Virus record (IMG/VR): IMGVR_UViG_3300031994_000062
Coordinates: 21,124 to 85,123 of that record
Strand: one strand, 5' to 3'
Source: a virus
Taxonomy: Duplodnaviria; Caudoviricetes
Length of the DNA: 64,000 bases
Shown piece by piece: positions 10,565 to 19,725 of the stretch. The translations under genes and the position numbers were made by a program. The notes beneath the pieces were generated by a model that was given only the letters and a program-made list of their open reading frames with translations, had not been told where the DNA came from and made no database searches. Every line of letters starts with the position of its first letter. The stretch's first letter is position 1.

Positions 10565-10947
10565 CGCGATATATCCTCCATATACCCTTGTATATCAACA
10601 GAAGAGGAGATAGTTTCATTGATAAGCTTATATGTAATCTCAAGCGGTATTACAACAAGATCTAATTCTACATCACCGGTATCTCGATGATAATCATTGA
10701 TTATACATTTAGCATCAAATGCCGCCATACATTTAGTTGCTTCAATAATATTCTTAGTAAACATATATTGATGTCTACCCGGTACAACCATAAGATATTG
10801 TCCGTTATCAACAACTGCCATCACATAGCGTTTTACGCGCTTCTCCAGATATTTTTGCGGCATGATCCCGATAGGAGCATCTTCATAGATTGGCAATTCT
10901 GCTCTTAATCCACGTTTTCTTTCTTTTCTGTTATTTCCTTTTGCCAT
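10552..10947 (-). CDS. Hypothetical protein
   Basis: 131 aa, in operon. Confidence 0.7.
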   Translation of the reverse strand: MAKGNNRKERKRGLRAELPIYEDAPIGIMPQKYLEKRVKRYVMAVVDNGQYLMVVPGRHQYMFTKNIIEATKCMAAFDAKCIINDYHRDTGDVELDLVVIPLEITYKLINETISSSVDIQGYMEDISRCKK

Positions 10948-11136
10948 TTATATTTCCTCCACTTCAAATCCGATCCATACTTCATTGGTTCTATTACAAA
11001 CACGAGCAGCTTCAGCGTAATCATCAGTTTTAAATAATTTCATTCCTGGGTTAATACCGCCATATTCACGAACATAAAATCGGTTATATTTCAAGCTCTG
11101 ATAAACTGCTCTATCTCCATTAATCACAATGTACAT
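10948..11136 (-). CDS. Hypothetical protein
   Basis: 62 aa, RBS GGAGAAAAGG. Confidence 0.65.
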   Translation of the reverse strand: MYIVINGDRAVYQSLKYNRFYVREYGGINPGMKLFKTDDYAEAARVCNRTNEVWIGFEVEEI

Positions 11137-11147
11137 TCCTTTTCCTC

Positions 11148-11369
11148 CTAATTTAATTCATGATTTATCCATGCTTTATATAGATCTTGGGTTTCGTCGC
11201 GCAAGAAAATATAAACGATGATATCGTTACCATTCTTATCGCAGCTTGCATAAAGATCTATTGGATATACTTTATTTTTTATATACATCTTTGCCTGAAG
11301 TTGATTTACGATCCGGCAAATTTCTCGTTCATTATAATCTCTAGGTTTTAAATTTGTTTCGATATTCAT
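11148..11369 (-). CDS. Small conserved phage protein (DUF5659-like)
   Basis: 73 aa, RBS AAGGAGG; IVNQLQAKMYIKNKVYPIDLY resembles this family (from memory). Confidence 0.6.
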   Translation of the reverse strand: MNIETNLKPRDYNEREICRIVNQLQAKMYIKNKVYPIDLYASCDKNGNDIIVYIFLRDETQDLYKAWINHELN

Positions 11370-11393
11370 ATATCATCCTTTTCCTCCTTAACC

Positions 11394-11446
11394 AAAAAAG
11401 GGGGAATACAGCCACCGTCGTTAAAGAACAGCAACCATATCCCCCC
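11394..11446 (-). terminator. Long G-U-rich hairpin plus U6 (terminator/attenuator)
   Basis: 19 contiguous bp (7 G-U) on the minus-strand RNA, 9-nt loop, then UUUUUU. Confidence 0.7.
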
Positions 11447-11507
11447 TTAAGGTATATAAAATTTGCAAATCTTATATCATATATTAAAAATCACTGTTCA
11501 ATAAATA

Positions 11508-11870
11508 CTAATTACGTTTTCTCCCGGTTTTTCTTTTAAGTTGTTCTGCGGGTTTTTCTACTTTAGGTTCGTCAACCTTTTCTTCTTTAATTTCAATCTT
11601 TTCTTCTGTCTTCATAATTTCGTCAATTAATTTAATAAAATCAATACGGATTTTTTCTTTATTAGTTAAATCACAAGCATTCAACATTTTTTGCGCGTCT
11701 TCATGTGATATTGTTTTCTGAGCATAGGCCACTACTGTATTGAATATAGTGCGGCAATTTTCTGAACAATAAGTATTCTTCCAAGACGGTTGATGTTGTT
11801 CTTCTCGGCAGTCTGAGCAATACTTATATTCTTTTCCACATAAAATACATTTTCTGTTATATCTACTCAC
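11508..11870 (-). CDS. Zn-finger-like hypothetical protein
   Basis: CILCGKEYKYCSDC...YCSENC; Lys/Glu-rich tail. Confidence 0.75.
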   Translation of the reverse strand: MSRYNRKCILCGKEYKYCSDCREEQHQPSWKNTYCSENCRTIFNTVVAYAQKTISHEDAQKMLNACDLTNKEKIRIDFIKLIDEIMKTEEKIEIKEEKVDEPKVEKPAEQLKRKTGRKRN

Positions 11871-11900
11871 TTTATTTCCTCCTTAAAAATTTTATATCAC

Positions 11901-11930
11901 AAAAAAAAGAGAGGGCGAATAGCCCTCCCT
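11901..11930 (-). terminator. Intrinsic terminator after major tail gene
   Basis: AGGGAGGGC-TATTC-GCCCTCTCT followed by a T run. Confidence 0.8.
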
Positions 11931-11954
11931 AATTTTTAATTTTATTGACAAAGA

Positions 11955-12746
11955 TTACTCTTCGTCGTCATCACACCAATAGATATTATACAGAGACTTA
12001 TTAGTTGAGCAATAGTCAACCTGAAGATCTCCACTATAATCAAGTGTTCCATCTGTTGTCAGACTGATAGTAGTTTCAGGACTCGGCTGGAAGGACGGAA
12101 GTTCAATATAAGCTGCTTTCAGAGTATCTGCAGAACAAGGATCTACAGCTAAAACCTTAAGATACAATTTAATTGTATCGGGGAACTTATCAGCAAGGTT
12201 ATGAATAATAGCACCATTAGAAACAGCTCTATCAAACTTAACAATATACTGCTGTCCTTCTTTAGTAGGAGCAGTAAAGGAAGTTCCATTGATAACAAAA
12301 GTTGTATCTGTAGAATTAGCACCAGCTGTCATAACTTTACCCATAGCACCACTAGTTGTAAGTTCTGCAACATGGATTGTGCTTTCTACAATACCTCCAA
12401 GAGTATAAGTCTTACCAGACTCAACTACCATAATCTTCGGCATAGTCAGAGTACCTGCATTACCATTGATCTGACCATCGGAAACGATATCAGGTGTAAC
12501 ACCAGACATAGAAGCAAGAACAGGCATAGACAGCATAGCGTTAGTAGCTGTAAATGTACCTGTCTTTCCTTGCCAAAATCTCTTAACCAGAGTGCCGTCT
12601 TTATCGACAGCGTCCTTAGATTCTGCGGTTACCTCAATAGATGCTTCAGAAAGCTGTGTTAAAACATGAAGAGGTGTACCATCAAATTTCTCAGCCCAAC
12701 CGTACTGAATACGATCAACGATAATATCGCCTAATGTAAAAGCCAT
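11955..12746 (-). CDS. Major tail (tube) protein
   Basis: Start MAFTLGDIIVDR at ATG 12746 with RBS AAAGGAGAG; beta-rich 263 aa; position in tail module followed by a terminator. Confidence 0.7.
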   Translation of the reverse strand: MAFTLGDIIVDRIQYGWAEKFDGTPLHVLTQLSEASIEVTAESKDAVDKDGTLVKRFWQGKTGTFTATNAMLSMPVLASMSGVTPDIVSDGQINGNAGTLTMPKIMVVESGKTYTLGGIVESTIHVAELTTSGAMGKVMTAGANSTDTTFVINGTSFTAPTKEGQQYIVKFDRAVSNGAIIHNLADKFPDTIKLYLKVLAVDPCSADTLKAAYIELPSFQPSPETTISLTTDGTLDYSGDLQVDYCSTNKSLYNIYWCDDDEE

Positions 12747-12814
12747 ATTTATCTCTCCTTTCAAAAAATTTTTTATATAAAAAACTGGGATTCCATACAC
12801 TTGAAATCCCAGAG

Positions 12815-13699
12815 TTACTTATTATTTAATTTTTCTTTAACTTTGTCGCTTATCCCGGTACGACCTGTCGCGGAAAATTCAGGAATATCAACAGGTTTAT
12901 TTTCGCCAGCGCGAGGATTAAGCGGCTTTCGACCATATTTGATTTCTCTCATCCAATCAAATTGATCTTTCGGTATTTTAGAAGTATCACAAAAGCCAGA
13001 GTACGCACCTTTTAAAAGTGCTGTTGTAGATTCATAAATTTGCAGCCTTTGCACAGAATCCATGAATTCTACAAGTCCAACTTCCTTTAATTCGCTCTTT
13101 TTATATTTAAATCCAGGATGATTTAAACAAGAAGATATCATTGGCAACAGTATAGAACTGCTTTCTTCCTTCTGATTTAATTTCTGCTTGTCTTCCCAGA
13201 TTAAAGCCTTTTTAGTGGCCTTACCTTTAGCCTTTTCAACTTTCGGATAAATATTAAATAAGAAACGAACATATTCACACAAATTCCTGTGAGTTTCTTC
13301 GTCAATCTCGATTTCTTGCTCTTCATTCCACAGTGTAATAACCGGATCCTCATCCTCGGAAAATCGCTTCTGGAACAGTTTAAACTTAGTAAAGTCTAAG
13401 TCACCGAATAGAAGCTGAGTTTTCTCAAGTGGAAGAGTAGGAGCCAGCATTGCAAATAATTCATAATCCGTAATGTCGTTCCAATCTATGTTGTTTTCCC
13501 ATAACTGCAGCCGGTACATAGTCGGATTCGCCGCAAAAGCATTGGCAACAGAATAAACTTCTGATTCACCATGTTCTACGATGTCTCCAATAGTTGGCTG
13601 ATAAACAATAATATCTTTGCCAGTTGGAGTATGAATTGCATAAGGCTCTCCAAAATATAGTTTTAATTTGTCAATCTTATTAGGATCAAAAGACGTCAT
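12815..13699 (-). CDS. Tail-associated protein (assembly chaperone-like)
   Basis: 294 aa; function inferred from synteny only. Confidence 0.55.
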   Translation of the reverse strand: MTSFDPNKIDKLKLYFGEPYAIHTPTGKDIIVYQPTIGDIVEHGESEVYSVANAFAANPTMYRLQLWENNIDWNDITDYELFAMLAPTLPLEKTQLLFGDLDFTKFKLFQKRFSEDEDPVITLWNEEQEIEIDEETHRNLCEYVRFLFNIYPKVEKAKGKATKKALIWEDKQKLNQKEESSSILLPMISSCLNHPGFKYKKSELKEVGLVEFMDSVQRLQIYESTTALLKGAYSGFCDTSKIPKDQFDWMREIKYGRKPLNPRAGENKPVDIPEFSATGRTGISDKVKEKLNNK

Positions 13700-14297
13700 A
13701 TCTGTTGTTCATTCCTCCGTGACCATTTACTATATTTGGAGCCTCGACTGCGAATTTTAGAGTTCTACAATAGAACTTACCGTCAACTATATCTGGATAA
13801 TCGTTTGTAAGTTTTAACTGCATTCCTAAAGAGTTTGTCCAACAAAGAATATCCCTGATTAAATATGAAAGCAAATCTGTACGTGGAATACGATATGGCG
13901 TATCCATATCATCTTCGTGTACACAGCACATCACAACAATCTCTTGGTTTTTAATTACTTTATTGACATAGGAGACAGAAGAATCTCGAATATCAAACAT
14001 GATGAAATTCAAAACCTCTGTTTGCATATTGTTCAGCTTTAACCAAGGGACTATCTGTTTATGAGTAATTTTCTCATTATAATCCTCTATTTGGCGGCGC
14101 TTTTCCAATTCTTCCTCTGTAGGATTATCTGGATCAACATACTTATTAAGAGGTTTTTTCTGCTTCGTGCCTAAAACTTCTATAATATCTGGATCTTCTT
14201 TGAACATTTCTTCGAGTTTATATTTTTTATAAATAATATCGTTATTATGCTTATCTTCTAAGTCTCTTACGATTTTACTAATATCTCGCTGCATCAA
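13686..14297 (-). CDS. Tail completion/terminator-like protein
   Basis: 203 aa; function inferred from synteny only. Confidence 0.55.
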   Translation of the reverse strand: MMQRDISKIVRDLEDKHNNDIIYKKYKLEEMFKEDPDIIEVLGTKQKKPLNKYVDPDNPTEEELEKRRQIEDYNEKITHKQIVPWLKLNNMQTEVLNFIMFDIRDSSVSYVNKVIKNQEIVVMCCVHEDDMDTPYRIPRTDLLSYLIRDILCWTNSLGMQLKLTNDYPDIVDGKFYCRTLKFAVEAPNIVNGHGGMNNRYDVF

Positions 14298-14971
14298 ATC
14301 ACCTCCAGCTCAATAGAAGAGTAGTAGTCGCCATTAATATCTGAAACAGACAAGCGGAATTTCTTTCCGACCAACGACCCAGCTTTCGCAGGTTTTATCG
14401 CCACTACTAAATCGTCGAATTCCGTCACCGAAATTAAACCAACATAATAATTAACGTCATCGTTAGAAAATTCATTATCATTAATAAAAGAAATTTTCCA
14501 CTCTGGATTAATATTTTCAGCAAAGAAATTAACTCCAAAGTATGAAACCTTTCCGCGTTCCAAATGTTTAATATCTGTACCAGGCTCAAGTTCTCCGTTA
14601 TCATTTACAATATAAGAAGAAATAACACTTGAATGTTCTTCGTCTGGATTTTCAGATATAGGTACATCTACCTTAATGTTGCCTTCTTCTGTAAAATAGT
14701 CGCAAATCATCATGTCAATAGAATCACGCTTCTCGTTAAAATCATCTTGTTTGAGAGTTAACTTAATCATTCCACGAGGAGTCGTATCATCAACTTTAGT
14801 TACTTGATAACACTTAGGATCAACAGTATTAAATGTAATCATAAAGCGTTGATCATATGTAATTGTTTGATTGTTATAAAGACCGAGATTAACAAGATTA
14901 TTAATTCCGTAAACATTAACAACATCTGGAATCCAGAAATTTGTTAAGTTATCTAGGCTATACGAAATTTC
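14294..14971 (-). CDS. Neck/head-closure-like protein, exon 2
   Basis: Frame is open upstream of the track ATG: EISYSLDNLTNFWIPDVVNVYG...DQRFMITF. Joined to exon 1 gives 399 aa. Confidence 0.8.
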   Translation of the reverse strand, partial: EISYSLDNLTNFWIPDVVNVYGINNLVNLGLYNNQTITYDQRFMITFNTVDPKCYQVTKVDDTTPRGMIKLTLKQDDFNEKRDSIDMMICDYFTEEGNIKVDVPISENPDEEHSSVISSYIVNDNGELEPGTDIKHLERGKVSYFGVNFFAENINPEWKISFINDNEFSNDDVNYYVGLISVTEFDDLVVAIKPAKAGSLVGKKFRLSVSDINGDYYSSIELEVI

Positions 14972-14995
14972 CTATTGTGTTACTCAAACCACGCG

Positions 14996-15985
14996 TTAAG
15001 CGATTTGAGAATTATTTATAAATGGTTTAACATAGAGATCTTCATATATGTTATACTTTCTAATTAAATACATATCAGCGTCCTTATAAAGATAATCTAA
15101 TAATTTTTTAGCTTGGATTCCTCCTCCAATTGAAACTATCTTATTACTTTTATTCGGATGATAATAGATTGAACAATGAATTTTAAGCTCGTCTTCTATA
15201 AATTCCTTAAGTCCATCCATCATTAGACCAGATCCGATAAAACTGACATGCTTATATTTGGGATTTTTAGTAATATTACCGTCCCCATCTAGATAGCCCC
15301 TAATAAAATGCCGCATTAAACCACGATTTAGCCAAAACGGAAATTTTAAAATATGACTTTTACAAGGAACAACTCCACATTTATTTAATGAATTAGCCAT
15401 ATATTTGTTATGAATTCGCAACACATACGAATTCTGCACATTTCCTTTTTTAGATGAATTATCTACAAGCACCAATGGTTTATCATAATTTAATTCTTTA
15501 TTTATACTTTCGAGGATATGTTTGTCTCGCTCCTGTAAACTTAACGTAATAATATATCCTTTTTTAGATACATTTCCATCAGCATATAATAATCCTAGTA
15601 TATATGCTTTATTAGGAGTATCTATTTTATCAAAATATGTTTCATCTAAATGATATTTCTTATTAAAGTCAGTACGCTGTCGTATCTTAATCCCATTTGA
15701 CTTTAGAATATTCGAAATTACTTCATGTCCTATATGCATCTCTTTACCTATCTCTTTAATGGTTTTATTGTATATAGAATACATATTTATTACTTTGTCA
15801 ACTTCATCTTGAGATATTTCCCTATGCTGAACTTTTATTCCCATTCTAGTTAAAAAATTTCCAACACTTCCTGCATTTAGATTATATTTTTCAGCAATTT
15901 CTCTATTAGTAAATCCATCAAGTCTCATCTGAGCAAATTCATCTCCATGTTGTTTAAAAAACAATGCTGTTTCTGTTTTATTCAT
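14996..15985 (-). CDS. Intron-encoded LAGLIDADG homing endonuclease
   Basis: AYILGLLYADGNV and HFIRGYLDGDGNI motifs; N-terminal HTH repeats; ATG 15985 with RBS AGGAGG. Confidence 0.9.
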   Translation of the reverse strand: MNKTETALFFKQHGDEFAQMRLDGFTNREIAEKYNLNAGSVGNFLTRMGIKVQHREISQDEVDKVINMYSIYNKTIKEIGKEMHIGHEVISNILKSNGIKIRQRTDFNKKYHLDETYFDKIDTPNKAYILGLLYADGNVSKKGYIITLSLQERDKHILESINKELNYDKPLVLVDNSSKKGNVQNSYVLRIHNKYMANSLNKCGVVPCKSHILKFPFWLNRGLMRHFIRGYLDGDGNITKNPKYKHVSFIGSGLMMDGLKEFIEDELKIHCSIYYHPNKSNKIVSIGGGIQAKKLLDYLYKDADMYLIRKYNIYEDLYVKPFINNSQIA

Positions 15986-15993
15986 ACTAATTC

Positions 15994-16080
15994 CTCCTAA
16001 AAATGTATAAAAAAATAAGACCATAATCGTCGCATTTAGGAGCTACGGCGAAACGGGAGCTACCCGCTGTCTGGTCTTAT
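15994..16080 (-). promoter_or_regulatory. Structured RNA leader with anti-SD loop, copy 1
   Basis: Stem AUAAGACCA/UGGUCUUAU; loop CUCCUAAA complementary to the RBS region UUUAGGAG. Confidence 0.7.
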
Positions 16081-16385
16081 TATCAACAGTTAATTTATAA
16101 ATAATTTTCTTATGCTTTCACATAAGTACAGACTATATCATCACCATATCTAAAAAGATTTAGGTGTCCTCCACAGGATCCACTTGGATCGCTTAGTCGT
16201 TGAACCTTTCCCTATTCGGGACTTGGCTGCTGATTGTCCAATCTTTATAATTTTCGACATTCACGTTTGAGCATTTCATCTCTGCGTTGTAGTTTATAAA
16301 GCTCTAAGGAGTTTCCAGCAATTCAAAGGATTCATTTGCATAATTTCTTATTGCAACGGACAATTCTAACTAAATAGTTAGTTTC

Positions 16386-16907
16386 ATCTAACCACCGCCC
16401 TGAGGTGTAGCTATTTGCATTTCGTATACATCCAAAGGATTTCATGATTTGTCCTTTCCATATCCATTTGAGTTCATAATTTGCTTTCAATACATTGTAT
16501 CTGACATAACTACGACTATCATCTCTACCAACTATAATCCACCATTGTGTTCTTTCATCAATTGGTTGAGACCAAGGATTTTCTAATTGTTCTTCAGATA
16601 AATTTATATCAAAATCAACATCATCTGGAATTATAATGTATGAACCCACGGGATAATGGACGCCTGGACGAAACTGAATCATGTAATCAATGGCATCCTT
16701 CAAAATAGAAGGAGTTGTGTGAACTTGATACTTCGCGTCTTCAAATTTCCACCCATCACGGGTCAAAATGTAAACACGCTTATAATTCGGATCTCTTGTA
16801 AAAGTCCGATCTATAATTACATCTGACTGATTTTTCTTAACTTCAGCCAGATTTCGCCCATGTCGTGTAAGATAACTTTTATATGCCGTGATATCCATAG
16901 ACATCAC
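16386..16907 (-). CDS. Neck/head-closure-like protein, exon 1
   Basis: 174 codons ending ...RNANSYTSGRWLD at the intron boundary. Confidence 0.8.
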
Positions 16908-17233
16908 ACCTTTATCTTGTCGACCAACGCATGGGCATCTAAAACAAGCTTTCTATATGCATGATAGTCGAATTGCTCCTTGGAACATTCTAGATGTGCG
17001 GCTTCGAGATTTGACATAATACCGACAATTTCCGGCGGATAGAAGAGAAGAGAAGATAATCCATTTATCCTTCTCATAAGACCTTCAAAATACTTGTCAA
17101 AATCAACATGAGAATATTCATCGGCAGATTCAGGATCCTTATAAATCAATAACCAATGAAGTTCACTGTGGAGCCGCTTTTTAAATAACTCGAATTGTTC
17201 AGGGTCAAAATATCCATATTTCATATCCATCAC
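16904..17233 (-). CDS. Hypothetical virion-module protein
   Basis: 109 aa; probable ATG 17230 overlapping the upstream TGA. Confidence 0.75.
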   Translation of the reverse strand: MMDMKYGYFDPEQFELFKKRLHSELHWLLIYKDPESADEYSHVDFDKYFEGLMRRINGLSSLLFYPPEIVGIMSNLEAAHLECSKEQFDYHAYRKLVLDAHALVDKIKV

Positions 17234-17354
17234 CTGTAATCCTCGATATAGTCGTTATACAGATACCCGCGATCTCGTATCATTTTGCGCTGTTCATTCT
17301 TAGTAGATTCGTATAAAGCGCGAATTTCCTTTAAATGACTTGACTCTGAATAGA
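17230..17354 (-). CDS. Head-tail adaptor-like protein, exon 2
   Basis: Not in the ORF track. (F)YSESSHLKEIRALYESTKNEQRKMIRDRGYLYNDYIEDYR*; joined protein is 154 aa. Confidence 0.8.
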
Positions 17355-17362
17355 CTGTTATA

Positions 17363-18376
17363 TTACTCATCCAGATCGTTATTCTGGGTGAGATTTATAT
17401 GACTTTTTGCATAAGATTTACAAAAATTAATATAATACTGATATTTCCTATCTAATTTCATTTCTGCATCCTCATACATCCATGATAAAAATTGGTAAGA
17501 AGATTTATTTCCAGATGTTTGAATAATAAATGTATTATCACCGCATTGCTTTGGATGCTTTATATTATTTTTACAATCCATACTATTTAATATTTTTGAT
17601 AAATGTTCACACATATCTAATGTTCCAACAGTTTGAGTAGAACATTTATTATATTTTTGATAATAATAGATATTTCCATCGCCATCAAAATAACCACGAC
17701 AAAAATGTCTAATTAATTCTTCTGGTAAAAACTCTGGAAACTTTAACTTTAAACTTTTAGCCTTAATTAATCCTAATTCTTTTAAAACATCAGACATATA
17801 AGGATCATTAATAACTAGAGCATATTGATTTTTATGATTATTATTTTTATTATTTAATGGAATAAATCTAAGAGGTCCTTCATATTCTAACTCATTTTTA
17901 ATTTTATCAAGAATAGCTTTATCTGATTCTTGTAAAGACAATGTAATAATATGAGGTCTAACGCTGTCGTAATGGTTACATCCATCTGCATAAAGAAGGC
18001 CTAATATATACGCCTTATTAGGGGTATCAATAACATCAAAATAATGACTATTTCTCTGATATTTTCTATTAGAAATCGTATATCCTTTTCTTGGAATTCC
18101 TTCTCTGTCTATAATATTATTAACTCCAGTTGCAGAAACAACAGTGTCGTAGCAAATGTCTTTTTGTTTCTTGTTTTCATCTTTATATAATTTAATCACT
18201 CTATTATTTAATTCTTTTGAAAAAGTGTTGTACTTTCTATCTATCTGATTATTTTTTAATACAATCCTTAGATCATGTTCGTTAGAATTAAATTCTTCCA
18301 TCATTTTTTCAATATCCTCAGTTTGTAAATACATATCAATAATATTTTTAATTTCATCTTCGCTAAATGTTTTCAT
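17363..18376 (-). CDS. Intron-encoded LAGLIDADG homing endonuclease
   Basis: AYILGLLYADGCN and HFCRGYFDGDGNI; ATG 18376 with RBS AAGGAGG; stop 8 nt before the terminal G. Confidence 0.9.
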   Translation of the reverse strand: MKTFSEDEIKNIIDMYLQTEDIEKMMEEFNSNEHDLRIVLKNNQIDRKYNTFSKELNNRVIKLYKDENKKQKDICYDTVVSATGVNNIIDREGIPRKGYTISNRKYQRNSHYFDVIDTPNKAYILGLLYADGCNHYDSVRPHIITLSLQESDKAILDKIKNELEYEGPLRFIPLNNKNNNHKNQYALVINDPYMSDVLKELGLIKAKSLKLKFPEFLPEELIRHFCRGYFDGDGNIYYYQKYNKCSTQTVGTLDMCEHLSKILNSMDCKNNIKHPKQCGDNTFIIQTSGNKSSYQFLSWMYEDAEMKLDRKYQYYINFCKSYAKSHINLTQNNDLDE

Positions 18377-18386
18377 ATACATCATC

Positions 18387-18474
18387 CTCCTTAAAAATGT
18401 GTATAAAAATAAAGACAGTAATTTCAGCATTAAGGAGCTACTGAAAAACGGTTTGCAACCCGCTGTCCTGTCTT
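18387..18474 (-). promoter_or_regulatory. Structured RNA leader with anti-SD loop, copy 2
   Basis: Stem AAGACAG/CUGUCUU; loop CUCCUUAA complementary to the RBS region UUAAGGAG. Confidence 0.7.
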
Positions 18475-18791
18475 ATTTACAGTGTCATATAAATTTTCTT
18501 ACGTTTTCACGCAAGCATAGACTATATCATTCACCATATACATTTCTGCACTTAGGAGTCCTTCACTTCGGGAGACTTCTCCCTACGAGTATTTCAACTC
18601 ATAGTCGTTGAGGACGACCCTCTTCAGGTCTTTCCTGCTGATTTCCCAATACATAAACTTTTCAAACCATTGCCGTTTAGATATATCTCAATCTTCCGTT
18701 TTGGTATTATGTCTCTAAGGGAGTTCCAGCATATTCGAAGGAATACACTACGCCGTTTCCGAACGTAGCGAACCGTGAGCATAAGCTCTCA

Positions 18792-19131
18792 ATTTTTCTT
18801 CTTTAGAACCATAAGTCTGGTAGATGTGAGTAAGGCTATTAACCTTTGGTTTCAGCCATTCAATCACCATTCCCAACGCTAAAATTTCGATTACGAAGTC
18901 CGTATCCATATCTTCGTCTACCTGGTAAGCCATCTCAAAGGTAAGCTGACCAGAATCGACATCGCAATCATATGTCGAAAAAAGTCGCCTTACATAAGGT
19001 TTGGAACCAGCAGACTTGATCCATCCACCCATGAATTCCGTAATCTCGTCGTCAGATAATTCCAGAAAATCATAGGCATCAATTTTTTGTAGAAAGCTTG
19101 AATAGATATCGTCAAATTCGAGTGCAATCAT
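18792..19131 (-). CDS. Head-tail adaptor-like protein, exon 1
   Basis: 113 codons + 1 nt; EILALGMVIEWLKPKV; two genes after the major capsid gene. Confidence 0.75.
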
Positions 19132-19142
19132 TTAAGATCACC

Positions 19143-19703
19143 TCATTTAGTTAAAACCTTAAGATTGAGTCCAAACTGTTCGTCAATAACTCTAATCTTT
19201 TCGATACTGTCTAATGTTCCGTTATCGACAGCAGTAGAAGCGATGCTCTTGAAATTCTCTTTAGCTCTAGGCGGCAGAGCATCAATAGCCTTCTTCATTT
19301 CGTCAACCGGAAGTTTGATAATATCCTTAAGGTCACTATCTGTATAGGATTCATCGTAGAACTTCTGGACAATTGGAAATTCGTCGATGAAATCTTGGTC
19401 TTCAATAATGAAGAGCGGCCCGAACACAAAATCAGATCTTGTCCGAACCGCAATCACCAAATCTCTATATTCAACTTCATATTCATGTCCATAAGCATTC
19501 CATTCATATAACATTCCGGTTTTCTTGCCAATCATATAAAGGCCGCCGGGTGTTACGGATCTACATAAAATCCCATCAGTTTCTTTGAATTCCCGCTTTT
19601 TAACAACGGGTTCGGTTTTCCTTGTAGCCGCCGTTTTTGGAGCTTCTGCTTTAATAGCTTCTTCCTTTTTCGCAGCGGTAGTTTTTGTCATGCTTCTAGC
19701 CAT
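19143..19703 (-). CDS. Hypothetical protein following major capsid gene
   Basis: 186 aa, RBS AGGAGG. Confidence 0.8.
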   Translation of the reverse strand: MARSMTKTTAAKKEEAIKAEAPKTAATRKTEPVVKKREFKETDGILCRSVTPGGLYMIGKKTGMLYEWNAYGHEYEVEYRDLVIAVRTRSDFVFGPLFIIEDQDFIDEFPIVQKFYDESYTDSDLKDIIKLPVDEMKKAIDALPPRAKENFKSIASTAVDNGTLDSIEKIRVIDEQFGLNLKVLTK

Positions 19704-19725
19704 TTCCTTTTCCTCCTAATATATC

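Larger units (their letters stand above)
14972..16385 (-). mobile_element. Group I intron 1 (1414 nt) with LAGLIDADG ORF
   Basis: P GAATTGCTGGAAAC, Q AATCAGCAGCC, R GGTTCAACGACTA, S GATATAGTCTG. 5' exon ends in U (TTA GAT), intron ends in G (CAATAG); frame restored as WLD|EISYSLDN. Confidence 0.88.
17355..18791 (-). mobile_element. Group I intron 2 (1437 nt) with LAGLIDADG ORF
   Basis: P GAATATGCTGGAAC, Q AATCAGCAGG, R CCTCAACGACTA, S GATATAGTCTA. Junction AAA T|...AACAG|TC TAT restores GSKEEKFYS. Confidence 0.88.
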
